Below, one piece after another: positions 1-27,509 of a stretch of DNA of 64,000 bases (within the stretch, counting starts at the first letter, position 1; each line of letters opens with the position of its first letter). A program made the translations under genes and the position numbers. The notes under the pieces were generated by a model. That model worked only from the letters and a program-made list of their open reading frames with translations. It was not told the DNA's origin and did not search any database. This stretch comes from Paraspadella gotoi (taxonomy: Eukaryota > Animalia > Chaetognatha). The DNA lies in the NCBI GenBank assembly GCA_051294375.1, contig CM119263.1, positions 19,744,115 to 19,808,114 of the forward strand, written 5' to 3'.

Positions 1-16549
<16,549 letters not shown>

Positions 16550-17890
16550 ATACTTATTTTGGGAAGGGGGAAAGAGAGGCGCGCGAAAAAAACAAGGAAG
16601 AACGTTCCCATGACGTGAAATGAAACAGCGCGAACAGTAAAACAAGTGTCTTAATACATAAGTAAATAAGAAAAATAAACCGCATATGACTTTCAAAAAG
16701 CATAAATAAAAAGCGAAAACAAATTTCTATGGCTTATGTTGCTCACTACTAACCCAAATAACGAGTGGTCGGAAGGATACTAACGATGAAACTCGATTTT
16801 CGATCCACGTTGTCGTTGATGCGAAACATCTTTCTGTTCACGGATAACTTCGTGACAAGTGCACATATCCTGTTTTTTTTATCTTCTTCCCAAAATCCTT
16901 GTGAATCGTGCTTGCGATTAGATATTTAACATAATGGTTAAAAACTTAATTTTGAACAAACGTGGAAACTCTCGTCCCCCTAATGTACGCCATTTAAATT
17001 ATTTATCACGTAAAAGAGAGGGCTCCCCATTTTTTAAGAGCGAAAATCAGTAAATAAGCTTTATCTTGAGACGAATTTTTCGGACTCAATAGATAAGGAT
17101 TTAATGTTTTTGTTGTCTAGGATACTTCAACGACGCTCAGTAATTTAGGAAATCTAATTCACATCCTTTTCTAAAATTTACTAAATCAATTGATTGCAAG
17201 GAAAACCAACAAAATAGTGTTTTCCTCTATGCAGATAATTGTTTCCTAATTTGAAAATTATTAAAAATACAGTTCTCAACTTTCTTTATACTACCAAAAA
17301 TAAATTACATAATAAAAATGTTTTTTTCGCCGGGAAATAATCTTAAAGTCCGATAAAAATCTCATTTCTTTTCACTCTTCAATCTGAGGGCTAATAGCAA
17401 ATAGAAAGTATTACTCCTTTTGTTACAATTTGCTCTTAAAAAGGGGGGCAAAATTAATTTCTTGTCTACATTAAATTAGACGAATAAAAGATGTTAAAAA
17501 AGATAAAAAATTGATTTACACTTATATTTTTAGTGAACTATATTAAGTATTTGGCTTTAGGTTTTGGTTTTTACTTTGGTTGTGTCCATGTTGTTTTCAG
17601 CCGAACTGTAATCTTCTGAAGTGTTGTTTTTTAAAGAAAATTATGTTTTGAAATACAAACTCTTCGAATGAAGTTTTTTAAAATGCGTTCTTAGCTTCGG
17701 TTACAACCTAGTATAACTAGCTATATTAGCTATAATGAAAAAAAGTCTAAACCGACTTTTTTATTTTAATAGTCTGATTAAACGATAAGCGAATTCAATA
17801 TTTCTTTTCACTGTGATACCGAGACGTTCCATCGTAAGTATTTCGCAATCGTTTCTTGCTAAATTTAAGACTGGAGCCCTTTCACGCTAA

Positions 17891-18437
17891 TCATTTCTTT
17901 CTTTTGCACCACATCTTTGTGGTTAAAATGGTAAAGCCCAGGATGTGCAAGACAATCAAGATGCCAACCAATGCAATAAAATCGCGAGTTCTATTGTCCT
18001 CGACAGAAAATCGATCCAAAATTGCATCGCCTGTCAGGAAGTTGTCGCAGGCTTGTTTGTAAGTGCACAGCTCTTTTAAATAGTTCTTAACCTTGGGCAA
18101 AAAAACAAGTGAATGAAAATCAAAATGATTCGACTAAACTATTTGACGAAAACGGTGATCTAACACTTATTGTACCTTTCCAACGTTCATTTTTTTCTTG
18201 ATAAACTCCGGCTCAAGCTTGGGCAAAACTTTGATAAAGTTAGGTCCCGGTTCAGTGCAGAGTCTCGGCATTCCCTAAAATTTAAAAAAACCAGTTAGCT
18301 AAAAGAAAAAAAATTAATAAAAAATTACAAGGTAAAGATTTGTAAGTTTTCATTAACCAGTTATTTTGGTTAATGAATTATACTATAATTTATAGCGCTT
18401 TATAGGCTTGTGTGTGTGAGTGTGTGTTTGTGTGTTT

Positions 18438-18492
<55 letters not shown>

Positions 18493-21400
18493 TGGCCTGA
18501 GTCGAGCGAAAGAAATCGACACGGAAACCACTGCAGCGCGCATTAACCAATCAAGCGGAAACTGAAAGAACCAGTTAAACTAGATAGAACAAGAAGAAAA
18601 AGTGTATATTGAGAATAATTGATACGATTTATTAAAAAACGTTAACAAATTACGTTAAATATTTTCATCGATATATATAAAGTTTTATATTTCTACAAAT
18701 CATCTTGAAACGACCTTGCCCTTTTTCATTGGGAAATAACCTGATTGGTTGAATCGGCGAACTATTTTGTTATTGGTTAAATTTCATCATCTGATTTTTG
18801 GGATCTTCTCAGAGTTGAAATCCTAATAATTTAACACTTGCACGTTTTGCTCCAAGCAAATCAGTGTTTTTTTATCTTGATAAAAAAAATAATCATAAAA
18901 AAAAATAGCTTCACAACTTTTTTATAACTACCTACTTACGTTCACGTACTTAGTTCCCTTTAAAAGATGACATCATCATTATTTATAAACATGAAAAATT
19001 AAATTTATAAAAAGAATGCAAATTCATTGCCTTTCTAATTTTAACAAGCCTTTCTTCAATCATCATACAACTTTAATTGTTTAACAATATTAAATAAATC
19101 TATGCTTATTTCCTTCAGGGAAATTCTGGCGAAAATGTTCCGCCTTGCTTTACAACTGCTCCCCAAACGAGCCAACATCCCGGGAGCTTTCGAAAAAGTT
19201 GCTCCAACTTCATCGGGCGCTTTTTCCGCATCGCAGTTCAGCACGACGAGTCCGGCCCGCGTTAATCTAGACAGCGACGATGTCGGTTTCTTCGAGATGG
19301 TCGAGGGATTCTTCGATCGCGCCGCCTCCATAATGGAGGACCAGTTGGTGTCCGAAGTAAAGGGTCGTCTCACCAAAGAAGAGAAGGTGAAGAAGGTGCA
19401 AGGAATCCTGAAATGCATCAAGCCGTGCGACAGCGTCCTCGCCATCACCTTTCCCTTTCGACGGGACAACGGAGAGTACGAAGTCGTTAAAGCCTGGAGG
19501 GCTCAGCACTCTCACCACAGAACGCCCTGCAAAGGCGGCATTCGCTACAGCGACGACGTCAACGAAGACGAGGTCAAAGCCCTCTCCGCTCTGATGACCT
19601 TTAAATGCTCCGTCGTCGACGTCCCCTTCGGCGGAGGAAAGGCCGGCGTGAAGATCAACCCGAAAAATTACTCCGATCGTGAAATCGAGAAAATAACCAG
19701 AAGATTGGCTCTCGAATTGGCGAAGAAGGGGTTTATTGGTCCCGGCGTCGATGTACCCGCTCCCGACATGGGAACCGGTGAGAGAGAAATGTCTTGGATC
19801 TGCGACACATATGCCAACACCGTCGCCCACTTGGATATCAATGCTCACGCTTGCATCACTGGAAAGCCAATTTCCCAAGGAGGCATCCACGGTCGCGTTT
19901 CCGCCACGGGTCGCGGAATTTTTCATGGAGTGGAAAACTTCATTGATGAAGCTTCTTACATGTCGATGATTGACCTGCGACCAGGATTCAAAGACAAAAC
20001 CTTCATTGCGCAAGGCTTTGGTAATGTTGGCTTGCATGCGTGTCGATACTTCCATCGTGCTGGGTGCAAATGCATCGGCGTTGCTGAGTGGGATGGTTCC
20101 ATTTACAACAAAAACGGCATTGATCCGAAAGAATTGGAGGACTACAAATTGGAACACGGAACGATCGTCGGTTTCCCCGGAGCAGAAGCTTACAAGGGGG
20201 AATCTTTGCTGTATGAACAGTGTGACATTCTCATTCCTGCCGCATCTGAAAAGCAGATCACATCGACCAATGCCAATAAAATCAAGGCTAAGATAATCGC
20301 TGAAGGAGCCAACGGGCCAACGACCCCGGCGGCCGACAAAATCCTCATCAAGAACAAGGTGCTCGTCATTCCCGATCTGTACATCAACGCCGGCGGAGTC
20401 ACTGTTTCCTATTTCGAGTGGCTCAAGAATCTTAATCACGTGTCTTACGGTCGGCTCACCTTCAAATACGAGAGGGACTCCAACTACCATCTCCTGGAAT
20501 CAGTTCAGCAATCTCTGGAGAGAAAGTTCGGTTCTTCCGGCGGCTCCATTCCGATTCAAGCGTCACCAGAATTTCAGGCGCGAATCGCCGGCGCCTCGGA
20601 AAAAGACATCGTCCACTCTGGTTTGGCCTTCACCATGGCGAGAAGCGCCCGGGCCATCATGAGAACCGCGGCGAAATATAATCTCGGAATCGATCTGCGG
20701 ACGGCCGCTTACATCAATTCCATCGAGAAAATCTTCAAGAATTACGACGAGGCTGGATTTACATTCACTTAAACTCGTAATCTGTACATTTATCTTGAGA
20801 GAGGTTTTTACATTGAATTCAAAATACTCTTCACTCAAATGAATGTACAATCGAATACAGCGTCCGCTCGGGATTAGGCTAAAATGAAAAAAACTTGACA
20901 ACGCCCAAACGTTATATCAGTCCGAATCCTGAGATTAGTTTGATTCTAAAATTTTTCAAGTAAAATGCGAATGAGATCTTTTGGTTGAACTTTCACAGAA
21001 TATATCTTGGAACAAATTTCCAATTTTGCAATATCCTATTTGAAAATACGATTTTCTAGGTAAAATACACCCATATAATTTTATATCTAAAATACACCTG
21101 TATCAGTTGAAAATATTATTATATAAATATAAATACGAAATAGTCTTGATTATGTTTGCTGTAATATAAATTGATTATATGGTAAATTTGAATGACGTCA
21201 AAAAGTTTATTTCAAAATTCCTGCAGAAAGCGACGAAAAGACAAAAATTTTCCTAGTTTCGTAAAATAACGTTAACTTGATAAGTTTTGTAGATTAATGG
21301 TGTTATACTTAAATAGTTTTTATCATATTAGATTGTACGATAAACAAAATAATTTTACATACCATTGATTTCGAGGTGAATTTGATATTAGTTTTTAATT

Positions 21401-24400
21401 TTCTTAACTAAAACACACCTTGTAAACCTCGACCATGATAATCGAGAAAGCGTAGTAAAAATAACTGATATATTCGATCCAAATGAAGACGTCAGGAACG
21501 ATGCTGGTGGGTATCAAGAATCCGCTGAACAGCATGAGCGTCGTCAACATTGGACCAGTCATGGAGGTCGCCATGAGGAAGCTTTTACCAAAAAGACAAA
21601 AGTGAAAAAAAGACACTTGATAACGGACTTGGTTTTTAGTTGCGCCGCGAGTACTCACTTTTCAGTCGGTATGTCTGTCCGTCGGTCTGTTCTACTTACT
21701 TTAAAAATTGGTTGCTTATTTGTTAAGACAGAAAAAACCTCAAATCTAAAGGACTGCTAGCGCCGCCTTCAGGAATTCCTAAAACTATAAGGATTAAAAG
21801 ACGTAATTTTGATGCAGTGCATGTAATAAATACATAGGCACACAAAGTTTTTTAGTCATGTCATATCACGTGAAAATAAAGTCACTGCGGCTCAACAAAT
21901 TGGAATTACCATTCTTGTTTATTTATTTATTCATTTATGCCTTTAATTCTTCCCTAATATCCTTTCATCTATTTTTCAAAAAATCAAACTCTATTTTTGT
22001 TGGTTCGATTATCTTATATATTTTAATTATACTACCTGTTTGACATGGAAGAGATGACGAGGCCGAACGCGATGGAGATAATAGCCATCATAACATAGAC
22101 GAGCAACACGATCGGAAAGGCGCCGACGGCGTCCAACTCCGTGTTGGTAAATACCATCCACCAGACAATGTTGATAATGATCAGGGTATTGATGAGGACC
22201 TGAGAATCGGGACTCAAACAGTGGCTACTTTATCTATCCAAATCTATCTAATTTATCTATTTATCGATCTCTTTCTCTCACACTCTTTCTTTCTCTTTCT
22301 TTCTTTCTCTCTCACTCTCTCTCACCTCGATGGTGTAAAAAGCGGCGACGGCGAAGTAGTACATAGGAATTTTGTAGACGCGTGAGAGATAATCGCGTTC
22401 GATAACAGCGAGTTCGTTTGGGACGACTACGGTCAGAGTCGCCGTTGAGCTTTTTTCAAAATAAAATAATAGAGAAGAAATTAGAACGACTAATAAAAAA
22501 AAATTATCCAAGAAACAATCCATCTTGCCCCCCTGAATTTGGCCACGCTTTAGTTGTGCCAGACACCCCATCCCTCCTACAACATATAATATAATAAAGA
22601 AGCATGTGGCTTCCTTATCAATGCAATAGTAAAATTGTTTCAGTACTTGTCTTCCAGTAAATATACAAACTCGGATACAAATGAATCTGTTTAAACTTAT
22701 CGCTCCTTTTCTGTTTTTTACCTGAACGCGATCACAGTAGAGACGTAGAAGATAATGCCGGGCACGTTCTGCTGGGAAGAGGCTTTCTTAAAGTTGACTT
22801 TATACCACAAGAGGCCGACGAGGAAGGAAGTGATCGTTATGAGGATGAGTCGGATGAAAAAAGCGGAGGGATCCCGGAGAGTGTTCATGAAGGATCGATA
22901 TATGATCATGTGGAACTAGATCGACGATGCCGGTGGGAGGGAGGGTGAGGAAACGATTACAATTAACAAACTTGAATCGATAAAAGGTTAAAACAATTTT
23001 GTCGCTCCTTTTTTTAGTTGCGCCACGAGTACTCGCGGAGCAACTCAAGATTCCGATGCGTGTCGAACAGACACAGGCTAAGAAATTCACTGCTGCGTTC
23101 AATTTCCGTTCTTGTTTTCGAAATAGTTTACTTGTTGGAATAAGTTGCAAGTTTCCTCACAGCAAGTCGTCTTGCGTATGTTACGTGTGTATCCATCTGA
23201 CTGCGGAGAACTTTCTAACGCATCAATTTCATCGTTGAGCGCGCTGCACTGCGGGCTTGATTGATAGGCCTCCGTCAAGGCCGCGACCTGCGAAAAAGGA
23301 AAGTAAAAGGTTTACCCAAGTCCTAATCATGTATGATTAACGAATCTTTTGAAGAGACAGTAATTATTGATAAGTGTTAATGACAGAACCGTTCAATATA
23401 AGCAGTCCCTGAGCTTCGGATCAGGCTGTAACACCATGTTACAGGCGGGTTAAGCGCCCCGTCCCTCTTAACTGCCAGACGACCACCGGGCTAGAACCCC
23501 GGACCTTTGGGTTGGGAGGCGAATGACTTGCCTCCGGCACCAATGGCCGCTGATGAACGGTTGGTGGATTTTAGTCCACCATACATCCCCCCTCCCGTAG
23601 GGAGAAGTCTGTTGCGTCTCTTCAGTGAATTGTTGTTGGTGGAAAGTTCGTCACCAAGTTGAGGCATGTCGCCTGATGTGTTGTGGGCGGAAAGTGCATC
23701 GCCAGGTTGAGGCATGTCGCCTGAAAGTGTTGTTGTTGCTGTTGTGTTCGGAAGTCAGGCTCACCAATGAAGAGACAGTAATTATTGATAAGTGTTAATG
23801 ACAGAACCGTTCAATATAAGCAGTCCCTGAGCTTCGGATCAGGCTGTAACACCATGTTACAGGCGGGTTAAGCGCCCCGTCCCTCTTAACTGCCAGACGA
23901 CCACCGGGCTAGAACCCCGGACCTTTGGGTTGGGAGGCGAATGACTTGCCTCCGGCACCAATGGCCGCTGATGAGCGGTTGGTGGATTTTAGTCCACCAT
24001 ACATCCCCCCTCCCGTAGGGAGAAGTCTGTTGCGTCTCTTCAGTGAATTGTTGTTGGTGGAAAGTTCGTCACCAAGTTGAGGCATGTCGCCTGATGTGTT
24101 GTGGGCGGAAAGTGCATCGCCAGGTTGAGGCATGTCGCCTGAAAGTGTTGTTGTTGCTGTTGTGTTCGGAAGTCGGGCTCACCAATGAAGAGACAGTAAT
24201 TATTGATAAGTGTTAATGACAGAACCGTTCAATATAAGCAGTCCCTGAGCTTCGGATCAGGCTGTAACACCATGTTACAGGCGGGTTAAGCGCCCCGTCC
24301 CTCTTAACTGCCAGACGACCACCGGGCTAGAACCCCGGACCTTTGGGTTGGGAGGCGAATGACTTGCCTCCGGCACCAATGGCCGCTGATGAACGGTTGG

Positions 24401-26947
24401 TGGATTTTAGTCCACCATACTTTTTTCTTAAAGCAATCCATTTCTGTTCATTAATCCCTAAAGGCTAAACGTAATTTTAACCTGAATTTGCAACCAATAT
24501 CACTAAATCCCGCACCTATATTCTTAACCTAATTCTTAACTTCTAACCTATTATTTAAATCTAAAAACTATTTTAATTTCGAATTAAAGATTTAATGGGG
24601 CGTTTCGAGAAAATAAGGCCAGATTAACTATCCCTTGACTCTATAACCCCCTACCTTGGCGCGACATTCTTCTTCCGAGCCAGGAATCACGGCCAATGTG
24701 AAAATGAAGTGATCGCTCGGATTGTAATTGGGCGGGACGGGATAACCGGCCTTTCCGAAGGCCTGCGAGCATTCTTCCTTGCTACCAATGAAGGCGCACT
24801 TTCCTTCGGCCATGATGCAAATGTGGTCGAAAAGCTCGAAGGTCTCCGAGGAGGGTTGATGAATAGTGCAGAGAATCGTCCGCCCGTTGGACGCGTAACG
24901 CTGACGATTGGAATCGGGAGAAGAGCATGAGAGTAATTCACTACCAAGAACGGTAATTTAAATGTGTTGCGCCGCAGTGACTGCCTTATCACGTGTATTT
25001 CTTGTGACATGACATTACATGACGACAATAACTTTCTTTGCCCCTATATTTATGACATTCACAGCATCAAATATTCTTTTATTTCTTTTTAGTTTTAGGA
25101 TTTCCTTAGATGTGAGGTTTTTTTCTGTCTGAACAAAAGAGCAACCAACTATAGGCAAATTATATGTATTTTAACGTAAGTGGGACAGACCGACGGACAG
25201 ACATACCGAGAGACCGACGGACAGACATACCGAGAGACCGACCGAAAAGTGACTTATTGAGTTGCTCTGCGAGTACTCCCGGTGCAACTAATAAATATAA
25301 GAAATTTCACGTAAGAAATATACTTATCGTGTCAGATATCTATTTATGGAGGGAATGGAGGCGAGAGAGAAAAAGAGGAAGAAAAAAGAAAAAAGATGGA
25401 ATCAGTCTCACCTTACCTTAAGCAATTTGACCAGATTTCTGGCCATGAAGGAGTCGAGACCGGAGGTAGGTTCGTCGCAGAAGATGAGGGTAGGTTTAGT
25501 CAGGATCTCCGTTGCGAAAGCGAGTCGTTTGGCCTCGCCGCCGGATATGCCCTTAATCTTGCCCGTGACTCCGATGAGGACGTTCTCGCACTTTTTGAGG
25601 CCCATCTCCCGCATGATGGTCTCCACTCGTGCCTTTCGCTCCTTCTTATTGGCCCATTTCATGCGCAAGGTGGCGTGGAACATGAGATGTTCCTTCACCT
25701 AGAAACGGTATGGGGTTGGTTCATGCAAAAATTTGATTTTTAATTTAGTGAAAGGACTTTCGTTTCGTTGCGTTTTTATCGAGCCNNNNNNNNNNTTTTA
25801 AGATTTTTAAATTGAGAGAGAAAACAAAGTTTGTTATTTGTTTACAAACAACAAAGTTTATTTCTTTAAGTGGACATGTTTCGACTCTTTTTCACATTGA
25901 GCTGATAAAGACTCGAAAAAGAGTCGAAACATGTCCACTTATAAAGACTTCGTTGTTTGTAAACAAAAAAACAAACTTTGTTTTCTCTCTCGATTTTTAA
26001 TTTAAAATCTTTTAAATTTGGGTAACAAACTATCATTTTCAAGAGATTTTTTCAAAAGATCCAATACCTTTAAAGTCCCCACGAAAACATCCTGTTGCTG
26101 TACGAAGACGGAAGTTTTGGACATCAAATTCTGATCAACCTTGTGCCCGTTCAGCATGATGCTGCCTGAGTTAATCCCAGTAAACCGTTTTATAAATTAA
26201 TTCAATTCGCGGGGGAAATAAGTCTGAATCGAACTCCAATAGGCTGTTCTTCTGTCACCTTCAATCTTCAGTCCGCCGGTCGATCGGAAGTTGAGAACGT
26301 TGAGCAGTGTAGTTTTTCCGGCGCCGGAGGCTCCCATCAGCGCCATCAAGCTGCCCGAGTGAACGATACCATCGGCGTGCCTTACCAAATGGGAATCGTA
26401 TCATCTCTCAATTAAATTAAATATGTACAATATGTACATTGTGCAATATTCAATTCATCGCCCCGATTCAATTGCTCTGACTGGAGAATCTTTTTCGGCT
26501 CCTGCTTGGGGCTTCGAGTTTTCGTGGAGACGGACAGGTTCTTCCAGGAGAGATGAATCCGCTCGTCTTCGGGAATCGGCGGCGACATGCTCTCCCCTCT
26601 CATTTCATCGTCCGACTCCTCTTGATTCATGCTGTATCCGTAGTAGCGTTCTCTGCGTGAGAAAGGTATTTAGATCTTTAATTTTTATGAGAATATGGTA
26701 TTCGCGCTGTAATTACTATTATAATTATTATACCAGGTATACTCTAGTTATAAAAAAAATAGTTATAGCGTCTTATATTTATTAACAAAACGCCATTTGG
26801 ACAAAAGAGCAGTAAGGAAGTTCGCTACTGAGAATAGACGCCGATATTCTCTTCGCGCCGAACTCACTCAGCATCTTTGGGCGAAGTCTTCTTTTTCGGA
26901 TGGAATCTGACCGAATCGCCCCGGTCGTCATCTTCCGCGGAATCCAT
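17891..26947 (-). CDS. ABCG half-transporter, white/scarlet-like, 13 exons
   Basis: First exon 26947-26868 ([10 protein letters not shown]...). Walker [18 protein letters not shown]; Q-loop [22 protein letters not shown]; signature [16 protein letters not shown]; Walker [13 protein letters not shown]; H-loop [11 protein letters not shown]; YNPSDHF; TMD motifs [10 protein letters not shown] and [17 protein letters not shown]. Last exon about 18091-17891. Confidence 0.92.
19135..20772 (+). CDS. GLUD1: Mitochondrial glutamate dehydrogenase, animal type, intronless CDS
   Basis: Single ORF with [72 protein letters not shown], the antenna region [12 protein letters not shown]...[12 protein letters not shown] and a basic/hydroxyl-rich presequence. 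The likely start is 19135, because the ATG at 19102 lies upstream of an acceptor-like TTTCCTTCAG ending at 19118. Confidence 0.96.
   Translation: MFRLALQLLPKRANIPGAFEKVAPTSSGAFSASQFSTTSPARVNLDSDDVGFFEMVEGFFDRAASIMEDQLVSEVKGRLTKEEKVKKVQGILKCIKPCDSVLAITFPFRRDNGEYEVVKAWRAQHSHHRTPCKGGIRYSDDVNEDEVKALSALMTFKCSVVDVPFGGGKAGVKINPKNYSDREIEKITRRLALELAKKGFIGPGVDVPAPDMGTGEREMSWICDTYANTVAHLDINAHACITGKPISQGGIHGRVSATGRGIFHGVENFIDEASYMSMIDLRPGFKDKTFIAQGFGNVGLHACRYFHRAGCKCIGVAEWDGSIYNKNGIDPKELEDYKLEHGTIVGFPGAEAYKGESLLYEQCDILIPAASEKQITSTNANKIKAKIIAEGANGPTTPAADKILIKNKVLVIPDLYINAGGVTVSYFEWLKNLNHVSYGRLTFKYERDSNYHLLESVQQSLERKFGSSGGSIPIQASPEFQARIAGASEKDIVHSGLAFTMARSARAIMRTAAKYNLGIDLRTAAYINSIEKIFKNYDEAGFTFT
21633..21755 (+). 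mobile_element. Helentron/DINE-1-like non-autonomous element fragment
   Basis: TTTTTAGTTGCGCC..GAGTACTC start followed by a GTCTGTCCGTCGGTCTGT microsatellite core. Related copies at about 23009-23060 (+, with AGTTGC..GCAACT inverted repeat) and 25095-25291 (-). Class assigned by structural analogy only. Confidence 0.5.
23351..24420 (-). repeat. Tandem array of about 2.6 copies of a 418-bp unit with a tRNA-like Pol III head
   Basis: Near-identical units with a period of 418 bp. A 72-nt tRNA-like segment lies on the minus strand at 23479-23550, 23897-23968 and 24315-24386. Confidence 0.9.
25796..26014. repeat. Long imperfect palindrome with a degenerate minimal hammerhead-like motif (Penelope-type remnant?)
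   Basis: Arms GAGAGAGAAAACAAAGTTTG...AAGTGGACATGTTTCGACTCTTTTTC and GAAAAAGAGTCGAAACATGTCCACTT...CAAACTTTGTTTTCTCTCTC. Positions 25902-25935 read CTGATAA-A-GACTC-GAAAAA-GAGTC-GAAA-CATG-TC. Confidence 0.7.
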
Positions 26948-27509
26948 AGTTTAAGAAACAAAATATTCTTTCACCTACTTTCTTTTCTGGAGACGAAATT
27001 CATTTTATTGTTCTATTCTTTCCATCGTTTTTATCGTTTAATAAAAATTGATCAATTGTTTTTTTTTTTTTTTAATTTTACCGCTTTGTTTCAGACAAGA
27101 CAATTTTACAAAACTTCCTAAGTAATCGGACCGGTCGGGATGGTCGTCATTAATCATTAACCTAACACTGTTCGTGAATCCCAACTCAGGATCTGCTTAA
27201 TTTTCGGGAAAATTATACTGACTTATCAATCTTATCAAAACGAAAGAGATTCTTTCAGTTTTTTTTTTTTTTAAATTACCACAAAGCCGAATAATAACTA
27301 CTGAGAACTGAATGAGACCCTGATAATGTGCGAATTTTGATTGAATATTTCTCGGTCACTGTTGATCACAAGAAAACGGACCCAACGATTTAAGGCCTTT
27401 CCGAAAGATTCGGCCTTAGATTAGGTGCTTAGTGTTTTCTTGTTTAAAAATGAAATAAGCTTGTGATATTTTTAAACGCGATACATACTGTACTTAAGAA
27501 AATAACAAA

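Noticed and set aside
19267-20490. 407-aa antisense ORF over GDH
   Set aside because: Shadow frame of a GC-rich coding sequence with no motifs of its own.
23479-23550. Functional tRNA-Gly(CCC) gene
   Set aside because: The anticodon stem has two mismatches and the D stem is weak, so it is treated as tRNA-derived.
23549-23600. CTGATGA in the 418-bp unit as a hammerhead core
   Set aside because: No GAAA follows the candidate stem II and stems I and III cannot be built.
23491-24133. Duplicated 74-aa ORFs
   Set aside because: They fall inside the tandem repeat, overlap the tRNA-like segment and show no protein features.
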